From an uncultured delta proteobacterium (GTDB lineage Bacteria; Desulfobacterota; RBG-13-43-22), in NCBI GenBank assembly GCA_963843145.1, contig CAWJJC010000020.1:576001-640000 (forward strand): a stretch of DNA of 64,000 bases, written 5' to 3'. Below are positions 40,401 through 49,897 of the stretch, one piece after another (within the stretch, counting starts at the first letter, position 1; each line of letters opens with the position of its first letter). The notes beneath the pieces are model-generated. The model saw only the letters and a list, made by a program, of their open reading frames with translations. It did no database searches and had not been told where the DNA came from. Position numbers and translations under genes: made by a program.

Positions 40401-40910
40401 TTAATTCCTGACCATTTCTACAAAGGCCTCCACCCGGGTCTTGAGCTGCTCCACGTCCTCCATACTGTAATCGGTTTCGATGGCCAGCATGGGGATTTGG
40501 GCTTTTTGCAGGGCCTTATCCACCTTGAAGGACTCGATGGTGTAGGGCTGGCAAAAATTAAGGGCGCAGGTGTTGCGGGGCAGGATCTTCTCGGCCGATT
40601 CGGTGCCGGCTTCGGCCCCGGCGCAGAGGCCTACCTGAACGGCATTGGCGGCCAGGACGATTTCTTCCGGCACGAAGACACAAAAGGTACCGATGATTTT
40701 TTTCCCTTGGGCCTTAGCGTCCTGGAGTTCCTTGATCCGCAGGCCATGGACTTCCGAAAGGACAAAATCCAGGTACTCCATACCCTTGAGCCGGCCGGAC
40801 TGGCTCATATAGATATCGCCGTAAAATTTCCCCAGGACCTCCAGCAGACCCGCGTGAGCCTCCAGGTCCAAATTCAATTTTTCCCACATTTCATCATGAG
40901 GTGTTGCCAT
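40401..40910 (-). pseudogene. Second DCCP-family gene with large in-frame internal deletion
   Basis: GTFCVFVPEE..GLCAG..RNTCAL joined directly to [21 protein letters not shown]; only 169 aa. Confidence 0.8.
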
Positions 40911-40986
40911 ATCGTCTCCTTTGAAAATTTCATTACTGATAACCCCCGACCTTGTCAGGGGCTCCGAAAGCTAGACTTACGGTGGT

Positions 40987-41196
40987 CTAGGGCTTAACCG
41001 GCAGGACGTGAACCGCTTTGATGATCAGTTGCACCTCATCTCCGATCTTTAAGTCGAGGCTTTCAACGGATTCGGTGGTTAAGACCGACGCCATTTCAGA
41101 CGGCTTGATGACCTCATATTTCACCAGAGCCATGACGTCCCCCTTTTTGATGGATTTAACCTTAGCCGTAATCTTGTTTCGCGCTCCGTATTCCAT
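40987..41196 (-). CDS. TOBE/Mop molbindin (molybdate/tungstate-binding)
   Basis: GARNKI, TTESVESLDLKIGD, IIKA. Confidence 0.9.
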   Translation of the reverse strand: MEYGARNKITAKVKSIKKGDVMALVKYEVIKPSEMASVLTTESVESLDLKIGDEVQLIIKAVHVLPVKP

Positions 41197-41208
41197 GTGG
41201 TTCCCCTT

Positions 41209-41898
41209 TCATTTTAGGATTTTTTGAGACGGATTTTCCCCTAAACCATAAATCAGGATGAGAGCCCCCTGGCGAGGGAGTTTCTCGGCTTTTCCCTTAA
41301 AGTGGGAATTGGGTGATATCATCCTTTTAAAGGAACTTATGGCCGGGTAGGCAGCGTTGCTGGTGATCCCGATGGGGCAGCTTTCCAGGCAGGTGATGCA
41401 GCCGGTCTGCTCTTCCACCGCCCGCTGCCGGTTGCCGCCGAAGCGAATCCGGAAGCCCTTCCCGGAGGAATCTTCCAGGATATCATTTAGACCCAGGATT
41501 TTGTTTTGTCCCGGAATAACCACGGTTACCGTTAGGTCATCCCCCTGAACCGTTTCTCCGGAACTTCGGAGATTCAGGTTGTTTCCCGGCCTGGCGCCGA
41601 TCTGAAGCAGGGCATCGTGAAATTCCTGAGGCGTGCAGAACGCTTGGAGGATGGCTTTGTCTCTTAATTTCCCGCCCCGAAAAACGACCCCCCAGTGGGG
41701 GTTGGATTGGTTGAGGGATTTAGGATTAACCTCGGCATAGATTAGGACCCGCTTGTTTATCGAATCAACCTGGAGGGGTTCAACGCGGGAGGGGAGAGGG
41801 GACCTGTACCCGTCCGAGGCCGGGACGGGTCCCGTCCAGGAGAGGATCAGGGTTGCGACCACCCCGACCGTAAGGGCCGTCAAGCGATGCCAAGCCAT
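41209..41898 (-). CDS. YdjY-domain exported protein
   Basis: Signal peptide, HWGVVF, RFGGN, TGCITCLESCPIGITSN. Confidence 0.75.
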   Translation of the reverse strand: MAWHRLTALTVGVVATLILSWTGPVPASDGYRSPLPSRVEPLQVDSINKRVLIYAEVNPKSLNQSNPHWGVVFRGGKLRDKAILQAFCTPQEFHDALLQIGARPGNNLNLRSSGETVQGDDLTVTVVIPGQNKILGLNDILEDSSGKGFRIRFGGNRQRAVEEQTGCITCLESCPIGITSNAAYPAISSFKRMISPNSHFKGKAEKLPRQGALILIYGLGENPSQKILK

Positions 41899-42008
41899 GA
41901 CCGGAGGAGCCTCTTGCGCGGCAGAAGGATGGTTAGGTTGTCAGTTTTTTGCGACGACATATTTATTTATAGTGATACGAATTTAAGCTTTCCAAGCCCT
42001 TTGCTCAT

Positions 42009-42041
42009 AGACCGACTCGGTCTTGGAGACTGAGTCGGTCT
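42009..42041. terminator. Stem-loop downstream of rhodanese
   Basis: AGACCGACTCGGTCT-TGG-AGACTGAGTCGGTCT. Confidence 0.55.
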
Positions 42042-42069
42042 CAACCTGGCGGACAAGAATACCGGCGTG

Positions 42070-42582
42070 TTATTTCACCTTGTCGACCGGATATCCCGCT
42101 TCATCCCAGGCCTTAATGCCGCCGGGGTAGCGATAAACGTTTTTATAGCCCAGCTTGACGGCCCACATGGCCCCATTGTGACTGCGGGTGCACTTGGTGA
42201 AGCCGCAGTAGATGACGATCAGCTTATCCTTGTCCGGGCCGAGAAGCTTTTCCAAGGCCGCTTTTTTCTGATCATCCAGGCCGGTCATTTCAGGGATGGG
42301 AAATTCCATTTGCACCGCCCCCGGAACGTGCTGCTTTTTAAAGCTGTCCTCGAAGGGCATGGTATCGACAATGGTCATGTTTTTCTTCTGGTCTATCCAA
42401 CTCTTCAGTTCCTCCGTGGAGACGATTTTGTAGCCGCCACGGGCCACTTCCTTGGCAAAGGTGACGGCGATCTTCTCCGTATCCATTTCCTTGGATCCCC
42501 AGGCGGCCAGAACCGGACTGGATAGTAGTAAAATTGAAACCAAGCCTATGAGACCCATCGTTATACCGCTTACTTTCTTCAT
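42070..42582 (-). CDS. Exported rhodanese-like sulfurtransferase
   Basis: Signal peptide, HVPGA, VIYCGFTKCTRS, YPGGIKAW. Confidence 0.9.
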   Translation of the reverse strand: MKKVSGITMGLIGLVSILLLSSPVLAAWGSKEMDTEKIAVTFAKEVARGGYKIVSTEELKSWIDQKKNMTIVDTMPFEDSFKKQHVPGAVQMEFPIPEMTGLDDQKKAALEKLLGPDKDKLIVIYCGFTKCTRSHNGAMWAVKLGYKNVYRYPGGIKAWDEAGYPVDKVK

Positions 42583-42598
42583 CTCTACTTTTTCCTCC

Positions 42599-43111
42599 TT
42601 ATAGGGTTAGTTTGATTTTTGCCCACAAGGGCAAGTTCTGGTTGAAGTCCTTCCGGACCCAACGGGACAGATAGAGGTAAATCGCCCCGCCGATTAGAAT
42701 CAGGTCCCGATAAAAAGCCTGCCAGAGGCCGGCCTGGGCCTGGACTTCCTCCGGGGAAAAACAGCCGCAATCGATGTGCAGGTCCCTAAGCAGACCGTAC
42801 CAAAGGACCGTCGCAAAAAAGAAGAGCAGGCCGAAAATCAGGCTCAAGCTCCCGCGAATTGCGAAGATCAGGCCCGCGGCACCCAGGATTTCCAAAAGGG
42901 GCAACCCGATGGCCAGGACCGGTAACAAAAAATCCGGGGCCAGGTCATATTGGGCAATGGACCGGGCGAAAGCCTTGGGGTCCATCAGTTTGACCGTCCC
43001 GGCATAGAGGAAAACCAGGGCCAATCCCCAGCGGACTATCCGGGAGGGCCACCGAGAAAAAATCAGGCCCGCTGCCTCCTGAATCCCCTTTCGATTTCCC
43101 CCCCCGCTCAT
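42599..43111 (-). CDS. MauE/DoxX-family redox-associated membrane protein
   Basis: FLYAG..KLMDP..F, LPLLE, IDCGCF, RDL. Confidence 0.88.
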   Translation of the reverse strand: MSGGGNRKGIQEAAGLIFSRWPSRIVRWGLALVFLYAGTVKLMDPKAFARSIAQYDLAPDFLLPVLAIGLPLLEILGAAGLIFAIRGSLSLIFGLLFFFATVLWYGLLRDLHIDCGCFSPEEVQAQAGLWQAFYRDLILIGGAIYLYLSRWVRKDFNQNLPLWAKIKLTL

Positions 43112-43321
43112 CGGGAGGATTCTTGATCAAGTTAACTAATATGTCAAATAGGTAATATTGATGATTGCTTTGATTGGCATAGGTAGAAATAATGGATAGG
43201 GAGCTTTTGCAGGGTCCCCCCCTAAAAGAAAAAATTTAGTTCTTCAACGGGGCTGAGGAGTTAAGAAAGGGCTGTTTGCCCTTACCGGTTGGAGGCTCGA
43301 TTATGTCTGGGGCAGCGAAGT

Positions 43322-43804
43322 CTACCTTAGACTATTTGATTTTTTATTCAAAGGGAGAATCTCGATTCGTGTAAAGGATGTCCAAGTGCCGCCTTCGTCA
43401 CCCGCCACCTTATATCCACTGACTTTTATCCGCAGGCCCTTTCTCAAATAATCCTGATCGCTGTAGTCGATTTTTAATAGAATGAAAGGGGGTCTAGCTA
43501 TGAGGTCCTGACTCTGGTAAGCCGACGAATCCAGGTATCTGGTCAGGGTGACCGCCGCCTCCGGCGACACGCCCTCGAAGTCGACCAAACGGATCAGGAA
43601 ATGCGGGGAAACCACCCGATCCCTTGCGGCGGATCCGGACATACGAGGAACGCCCTTTACCGTTTTTTCCGGAACCCAACGCACCTCGCTGATGGTCCCG
43701 GTAATATCCGCCGGGCCAAAAGGTCGTATGGGCGCAGAAAAAGCCGACAGCCCCCCAAAGAGGGCTAAACCCCCTATCAGCAAAAGTATGGTCGTTTTAT
43801 TCAT
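43322..43804 (-). CDS. Hypothetical exported protein
   Basis: Signal peptide; C-terminal GDEGGTWT. Confidence 0.6.
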   Translation of the reverse strand: MNKTTILLLIGGLALFGGLSAFSAPIRPFGPADITGTISEVRWVPEKTVKGVPRMSGSAARDRVVSPHFLIRLVDFEGVSPEAAVTLTRYLDSSAYQSQDLIARPPFILLKIDYSDQDYLRKGLRIKVSGYKVAGDEGGTWTSFTRIEILPLNKKSNSLR

Positions 43805-43853
43805 AAACGGACCATTATTGTCCAAAATGATCCGGGCATAGAAAACTAGCGCT

Positions 43854-44603
43854 TCAATTCTTTTTCTTCAATTGATCGGCCACGGCTTGGGCCGCCTTTT
43901 TTACCGCCTCCTCGTCCCCCAGGTAATAATTGCGGATCGGGCGAAGATCTTGATCCAATTCATAGACCAGGGGGATGCCGGTGGGAATATTGAGTCCCAC
44001 GATCTCCTCCTCCTTAATATTATCCAGGTATTTCACCAGCGCCCGGAGGCTATTGCCGTGGGCGGTGACCAGCACCCGTTTCCCGGCCTTGACGGACGGC
44101 CCAATCGTACCCTGCCAATAGGGCAGAAACCGCGCCACCGTATCCTTGAGGCATTCGGTCAGCGGGAGTTCCTCCGGACTCAGATCGGCGTAGCGCGGGT
44201 CTTTCCCCGGATAACGGGGATCATCCGCCGTCAAGGCCGGGGGACGGGTGTCGTAACTCCGCCGCCAGATTTTGACCTGGTCCATCCCGAATTTATCAGC
44301 AGTCTCGGCCTTGTTCAAACCCTGGAGGGCGCCGTAGTGCCGTTCGTTCAATCGCCAGTGCCGGATGACGGGTATCCACATCAGGTCCATCTCATCCATC
44401 ACGATCCACAGGGTTCGGATGGCTCGCTTTAAGACCGAAGTGTAGGCCAGGTCGAAGGTGTACCCCTGTTCTTTGAGAATCCGCCCGCCCTCTTGGGCCT
44501 CCTGGACGCCTTTTTCCGAAAGGTCCACATCCGTCCAGCCGGTAAAAAGATTCTCTTTGTTCCAGACGCTCTCTCCATGACGCAGCAACACTACCTTATA
44601 CAT
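43854..44603 (-). CDS. gpmA: 2,3-bisphosphoglycerate-dependent phosphoglycerate mutase
   Basis: [24 protein letters not shown]. Confidence 0.97.
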   Translation of the reverse strand: MYKVVLLRHGESVWNKENLFTGWTDVDLSEKGVQEAQEGGRILKEQGYTFDLAYTSVLKRAIRTLWIVMDEMDLMWIPVIRHWRLNERHYGALQGLNKAETADKFGMDQVKIWRRSYDTRPPALTADDPRYPGKDPRYADLSPEELPLTECLKDTVARFLPYWQGTIGPSVKAGKRVLVTAHGNSLRALVKYLDNIKEEEIVGLNIPTGIPLVYELDQDLRPIRNYYLGDEEAVKKAAQAVADQLKKKN

Positions 44604-45879
44604 AATCGGTCCTCCTTTTTTTATACTGATGGGATTTAATAGTAAACTTGGTTTCAGCCTTCTCCGGATCTTTATCCGGCAAACGGACGGAATAGTCGGC
44701 CCGGTAAAGCTGCCTTAGAATTTCTTTCCAATGGGACAGGCCGCGGGTCTGAAGGACAAACTCCACCTCGGTGGTCTGGAGGGGCAGCGTTGAGAAGGTC
44801 CTTTGATGATGAACCTCAATGATGTTGGCCCCCCATTCCCCCAGCAAACGGGTTACCTCCGACAAGGCCCCGGGAATATCCCGAATCGCTATGAGAAGGC
44901 GAACCAACCGGCCTGATCGGACCAGTCCTCGCTGAATAATGGCCGAAAGAATCTGAAGATCGATATTCCCGCCGGAAAGTACGATCCCGACCTTCTTTCC
45001 CTTGAAGCGCCGGTTTTTTTGAAGCAAGGGGGCCAATCCCGCTGCCCCGGCCCCTTCGACTACGGTTTTTTCCACTTCCAATAACAGCAGCACCGCTTTC
45101 TCCAGTTCCGGCTCATCCGCCAGGATGATTTCATTCACCAGCCGCCGGATGACGGGCAGGGTCAGGCGGCCCGGTTGTCTGACCGCAATTCCTTCGGCAA
45201 TGGTGGGCGGGTGGCATTCGACGGAAAGGGATTTCAGGGCCTGGGCCATGGAGGGGAACCGGACGGACTCAACACCGATTAGTTCTATCGAAGGGCGAAG
45301 CTTTTTGGCCGCAATAGCCAGGCCGGCGAGGAGACCTCCGCCGCCGACAGGAGCGATCAGCACTTCAAGATCCGGAAAAACGCGCAACATCTCCAGGGCA
45401 ATGGTACCTTGACCGGCGATTACCTTTTCATCATCATAGGGATGGATAAAACAAAGTCCCCTTTCCTCGGCCAGCTTTTTGGCCAAAAGACCGGCTTCAT
45501 CCACCCCGGAACCTTCCAGGATCACTTCAGCGCCAAAAGAAGCGGCCTGATCCACTTTGATGTTGGGGGTATTCCGCGGCATAACGATCAGGGCCGGGAT
45601 GCCCAGGCGTCGGGCATGGTAGGCTACGGCCAAACCGTGATTTCCGGCGGACATGGCCGCCACACCCTGCTTTCGCTCTTCCGGCGACAAAGAAAGCAGT
45701 TTTACCAGGGCTCCCCGTTCTTTGAAAGAGGCGGTAAATTGAAAAATTTCAAATTTTAAAAAAACCTCACAGTCGGTGATCTGGGAAAGGGTCGAGGAAG
45801 GGACACAGGGGGTTTCAATAATCTGACCCTTGATCAGCTCGGCAGCCCGGCGAATGGAGTCAAAAGATACCGACGGCAT
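44596..45879 (-). CDS. ilvA: Threonine ammonia-lyase with ACT domain
   Basis: [33 protein letters not shown]. Confidence 0.92.
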   Translation of the reverse strand: MPSVSFDSIRRAAELIKGQIIETPCVPSSTLSQITDCEVFLKFEIFQFTASFKERGALVKLLSLSPEERKQGVAAMSAGNHGLAVAYHARRLGIPALIVMPRNTPNIKVDQAASFGAEVILEGSGVDEAGLLAKKLAEERGLCFIHPYDDEKVIAGQGTIALEMLRVFPDLEVLIAPVGGGGLLAGLAIAAKKLRPSIELIGVESVRFPSMAQALKSLSVECHPPTIAEGIAVRQPGRLTLPVIRRLVNEIILADEPELEKAVLLLLEVEKTVVEGAGAAGLAPLLQKNRRFKGKKVGIVLSGGNIDLQILSAIIQRGLVRSGRLVRLLIAIRDIPGALSEVTRLLGEWGANIIEVHHQRTFSTLPLQTTEVEFVLQTRGLSHWKEILRQLYRADYSVRLPDKDPEKAETKFTIKSHQYKKRRTDYV

Positions 45880-45891
45880 TTCTTCTTATTT

Positions 45892-46164
45892 TTAGAGATA
45901 GGCAATGGTTTGAAAATTGGGAATTTCAAACCGGCGCCGGCACCGGGGGTTGGGGCAGGTGAGGAAATCGTCCACCCGCACCAGGTAATCCCGCGACTTG
46001 GCGAACTTGGCCCGATCAAGGTCGCTTGCGCCGGGCGGCAGTTTCTTCTTCTTGCTGCGTTTGAGCCAGCGAACCGGGAACTCGGCTTCCTGGCGGCACT
46101 TCGGGCAGGTATAAGTGGTTTTCTTGGTCTCAGGGGTCTCGTCGTAAAAGTTTCGCTCGTCCAT
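45892..46164 (-). CDS. Small zinc-ribbon hypothetical protein
   Basis: CPKC and CPNPRC pairs; AAGGA before ATG. Confidence 0.7.
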   Translation of the reverse strand: MDERNFYDETPETKKTTYTCPKCRQEAEFPVRWLKRSKKKKLPPGASDLDRAKFAKSRDYLVRVDDFLTCPNPRCRRRFEIPNFQTIAYL

Positions 46165-46233
46165 GGTTTCAGATTATCCTTTAATAGTCAGATTCTTTCA
46201 ACGTTAATTTGGATCACTGCCCAAAAATATATC

Positions 46234-46399
46234 TGACGGACTCGCAAAAAGTCCGGCAGCAGCCCGAGCGCGATTGAGCGCCGGGCTGGGGTGAGTGTGG
46301 AACCATTTGAATTCACCTCAAATGGCTGGGGAGTCACGCCTAAGGCGTGATTCCCCGCCGAGCAGAAAGTCGTTTTTAGACTTTTTGCGAGGTCATCAA
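46234..46399. mobile_element. MITE-like element with ~20-bp terminal inverted repeats
   Basis: TGACGGACTCGCAAAAAGTC ... GACTTTTTGCGAGGTCATCA; one arm recurs inverted at 60942-60988. Confidence 0.7.
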
Positions 46400-46728
46400 A
46401 TTGGACGCGACGCCCTGTTGGGTGCGTCCTCCTCATATTTGGTAAGGCCTCCCGGGTCTTTTGAAGAGGGTTTCCCAAAGGCCATCCGGGCTCCGATTCG
46501 GGTCTAAGACCGCAACTTCATTTAAAAGCAGGCCCAAAACCGGAGTCCTTTAACTCCTTTCCAAGAGACCCGGGAGGCCACGAAAGCTTGGGTCCGAGGT
46601 GATTTACTTGAGGCCGAAAGTCGCCCCCGGTCCCGGTGTAATAACTTGACAAGCTCTCGATTAATGATTAAAAAACAGGCACCCCTAAAAAAAGGGAGAA
46701 GGGAAGGTTTTTTCAAAAAACTATCATC

Positions 46729-47712
46729 ATGATTGAAGTTGAACACTTGACCAAATATTACGGTCTGGTTCCCGCAATATCGGACCTGACCTTTCAGGTC
46801 GGTCAGGGAGAAGTGGTAGGTTTTTTAGGTCCCAACGGGGCCGGCAAGACCACGACCATGAAAATCCTGACCTGCTTTCTCCCCCCGACCTCGGGGAAGG
46901 CCCGCATCGACGGTTTGGACCTCTCCCAGGATTCCCTGGGGGTTAGGCAAAAAATCGGCTATTTGCCGGAAAATAACCCGCTCTACAGTGAAATGACCGT
47001 AGAGGGATTTCTTTCCTTCGCGGCTCAGGCCAAAGGCATCCCCAGCCGAAATGCAAAATCCGCCGCGGCCAAGGTGGCTGAAGACTGCGGCCTGGAGTCG
47101 GTCCGCGGAAGGATTATCGGCCACCTCTCCAAGGGATTTCGGCAGCGGGTGGGATTGGCCCAGGCCCTCTTGAATGACCCGCCGGTGCTGATTCTGGACG
47201 AACCGACCATCGGGCTGGACCCCGCCCAGGTCGTTGAGATCCGGCAGTTGATCAAGTCCCTGGGCCGGGAACGGACCATCCTGCTCAGTTCTCATATTCT
47301 CCCCGAGATCAGCCAGCTTTGCCAGAAAGTGATCATCCTGAATCAGGGGCGGATAGTGGCCACGGATACGGTCTCGAGCCTCACCGCCCAGCTCCAAAGC
47401 TCCCGGAAGATCAGGTTGACCATTCGAGGCCCGCAAGAGGCCATCCTGACCACCCTGGCCGAAATAAACGGGATTCTGCGAATCGAACCCCAGGACGATG
47501 AAGGGGCCTACGAACTCGAAATGCGGAAAGAACTGGACGTCCGGGCGGATGTCAGCCGGGCGGTCGTGCAGCAGGGTTGGGATCTGCTGGAAATGCGCAG
47601 CCTGGATTTAAGTCTGGAGGAGATCTTTGTCCAGTTGGTGACGGAAGAACCAACCGGAGAGGAACCGAAAGGAAAAGAACCGGAAATGGAAAAGGCCGGA
47701 GGAGAATCATGA
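46729..47712 (+). CDS. ABC-2 ATP-binding protein (GldA-like)
   Basis: GPNGAGKTT, GYLPE, LSKGFRQR, LDEPT, SSHIL. Confidence 0.93.
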   Translation: MIEVEHLTKYYGLVPAISDLTFQVGQGEVVGFLGPNGAGKTTTMKILTCFLPPTSGKARIDGLDLSQDSLGVRQKIGYLPENNPLYSEMTVEGFLSFAAQAKGIPSRNAKSAAAKVAEDCGLESVRGRIIGHLSKGFRQRVGLAQALLNDPPVLILDEPTIGLDPAQVVEIRQLIKSLGRERTILLSSHILPEISQLCQKVIILNQGRIVATDTVSSLTAQLQSSRKIRLTIRGPQEAILTTLAEINGILRIEPQDDEGAYELEMRKELDVRADVSRAVVQQGWDLLEMRSLDLSLEEIFVQLVTEEPTGEEPKGKEPEMEKAGGES

Positions 47713-48479
47713 AAGGATTCGGGGCCGTCTTTAAAAAAGAAATCTACACCTTTTTCGCTTCCCCTATTTTTTATGTGGTCGGCACCATCTTTTTGACCAT
47801 CGCCGGGTATTTTTTTTACACCGACGTGGCCTATTACAGCCTGATCAGTTTTCAGGCGGCCCAGAACGCCTATATGGGGGGTCAGGTCAACTTGAATGAG
47901 ATGGTCATTAAACCCTTAATGGACGACATCAGTGTCATCCTGCTCCTGATTGTTCCCCTGTTGACCATGCGCCTGATCGCGGAGGAGAAAAAAAACGGGA
48001 CCATGGAATTGCTGTTAACCTATCCACTCCGGGATCTGGCGATTGTACTGGGAAAATATGCCGCTACCCTTCTGGTCCTGGTCATCCTCCTGGCGGTAAC
48101 CCTGATCTATGTCCTGCTGCTTTCCTGGGTGGGAGAGTTCGAGTGGGGGGTGGTCTGGACCGGATACGGCGGATTGGTCCTCATGACCGCCGGTTTTGTC
48201 GCCCTGGGTCTCTTTTTCTCAGCCCTGACCCAGAATCAAATCATCGCGGCCGTCCTGGGGTTCGGGTCCCTGCTCATGTTCTGGATGATCGGCTGGGCCG
48301 GGTCTCTTTCCGGGCCGGTGGCGGGCAAGGTGGTCAATTATCTATCTATTCTGGAACACCTGGACTCTTTTACCAAGGGGGTCATCGATACCCGGGATAT
48401 CGGTTATTACCTGACCTTTTCGGCCTTTTTTATTTTTTTAACGCTTCGCTTCCTGGATTCCCGGAAAATCCGGGGCTAA
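47709..48479 (+). CDS. ABC-2 permease (GldF-like)
   Basis: PLLTMRLIAEEKKNGTMELLLT, TQNQIIA. Confidence 0.9.
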   Translation: MKGFGAVFKKEIYTFFASPIFYVVGTIFLTIAGYFFYTDVAYYSLISFQAAQNAYMGGQVNLNEMVIKPLMDDISVILLLIVPLLTMRLIAEEKKNGTMELLLTYPLRDLAIVLGKYAATLLVLVILLAVTLIYVLLLSWVGEFEWGVVWTGYGGLVLMTAGFVALGLFFSALTQNQIIAAVLGFGSLLMFWMIGWAGSLSGPVAGKVVNYLSILEHLDSFTKGVIDTRDIGYYLTFSAFFIFLTLRFLDSRKIRG

Positions 48480-48499
48480 GTCCTGACAGAGACGCTGAT

Positions 48500-49897
48500 A
48501 TGGCTGAACACCCAATGACCCGCTGGAAAGAAGGGTCCATCATCACCTTAGTGAGCATTCTTTTTATCGCCATCCTGGTGGGGATTAATTTGATTCTATA
48601 CCGCTTCCCCGGAAGGGCGGATTTAACCGAAGGCCGCCGTCATTCCCTTTCCGTCCAGACTCGGAATATCCTCAAGAACATCCATCAGGAGGTCTGGATT
48701 CGGGCCTTTTTCCAGGAAGGCCATCCGACTAGGAAGAAGGCCAAAGAACTTCTGGACAACTACAGCACCATTAATCCCCAGATCCATTATCAATTCATTG
48801 ATCCCGACCGGCAGCCATCGCTGGCCCAAAAGTACGGGGTCCGCAATTACGGCACCCTGGTCCTGGAATCCGCGGGCCGGACCCAGAGCGCCAATACGGC
48901 CGATGAAGAGGGGATCACCAACGCCCTCCTGCGTCTGAGCCAGCCAAAGGCCAAAAAAGTGATTTTCACCACCGGTCACGGGGAACGGAGCCTGCAAGAC
49001 ACCCAACGGGAGGGCTTTTCCTTTGCCAAGGGTATTTTGGATAAGGAAAACTACCGGGTGGAGGAACTAAATCTCCTTAGCGGATCGGGCCTGCCGGCCG
49101 ATACCGACTGCCTGGTTATTGCCGGACCGAGAAAACCGTTTATGCCGGTGGAACTGGAAGACCTAAAAAAATACCTGGCCGGCGGCGGTAAAATGTTACT
49201 TCTCCTGGAACCTTTTCAAGATGCCGGTCTGAAAGATTGGATCAGCTCCTACGGGTTGACCTTGGGGAATGATATTATCATCGATCGCCTGAGCCGGGCC
49301 TTTGGCGGTGATTATCTGATCCCCATGGCCGGAGTCTATGGCCGGCACCCGATCACGGAAACATTCAAGATAGCCACATTTTTCCCCACGGCCCGGTCTT
49401 TGGATTTCACCGCTCCTCTACCCCCGGGGATCACCACGGAGGTGTTGGTCCAGTCCTCCCCGGCCAGTTGGGGAGAAACCAACAAAGCCAAGATGGAAAA
49501 AGGCGAGGCGGCATTTGATGAAGGGCAGGATAAAAAGGGTCCGCTCAATATAGCCGTGCTGATCAATATCAAACCTGGAACGGTCGGCGGGCCCGAGGCC
49601 AAGAAAGAGGGGGCTCGACCCCAACCGGGCCGCCTGGCGGTTTTCGGGGACTCGGACTTTGCCACGAATGGGTATTTCAACCAAGCCGGAAATGGTGATC
49701 TGTTTTTAAATACCATCAATTTCCTGACCGAAGAAGCCCAGCTTATCAGCATCCGGCCTGCCAAAAGCCCGGTAAAACCCCTGACCTTATCCGCCGCACA
49801 AGGCCAGGTTTTGTTCTGGGTTCCCTTGATCTTGATCCCCTTGTTGATGATTGCCATCGGGGTTATGGTCTGGCGGCAGAGGAGAAAGGCCCGTTGA
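48500..49897 (+). CDS. GldG-family ABC auxiliary protein
   Basis: DLT...SLS, IDPD, FTTGHGE, GDSDF, N.DLFLN, C-terminal TM. Confidence 0.9.
   Translation: MAEHPMTRWKEGSIITLVSILFIAILVGINLILYRFPGRADLTEGRRHSLSVQTRNILKNIHQEVWIRAFFQEGHPTRKKAKELLDNYSTINPQIHYQFIDPDRQPSLAQKYGVRNYGTLVLESAGRTQSANTADEEGITNALLRLSQPKAKKVIFTTGHGERSLQDTQREGFSFAKGILDKENYRVEELNLLSGSGLPADTDCLVIAGPRKPFMPVELEDLKKYLAGGGKMLLLLEPFQDAGLKDWISSYGLTLGNDIIIDRLSRAFGGDYLIPMAGVYGRHPITETFKIATFFPTARSLDFTAPLPPGITTEVLVQSSPASWGETNKAKMEKGEAAFDEGQDKKGPLNIAVLINIKPGTVGGPEAKKEGARPQPGRLAVFGDSDFATNGYFNQAGNGDLFLNTINFLTEEAQLISIRPAKSPVKPLTLSAAQGQVLFWVPLILIPLLMIAIGVMVWRQRRKAR

Noticed and set aside
40915-40990. Moco riboswitch between TOBE and DCCP genes
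   Set aside because: Two small hairpins are present but the conserved Moco motif sequences are missing.
41950-41985. ModE-like operator upstream of ydjY/TOBE
   Set aside because: Only one half-site (ATCACTATAAA) resembles the consensus; insufficient support.
42070-42582. Rhodanese as a second selenoprotein
   Set aside because: Active-site YCGFTKC uses Cys codons and the ORF has no in-frame UGA.
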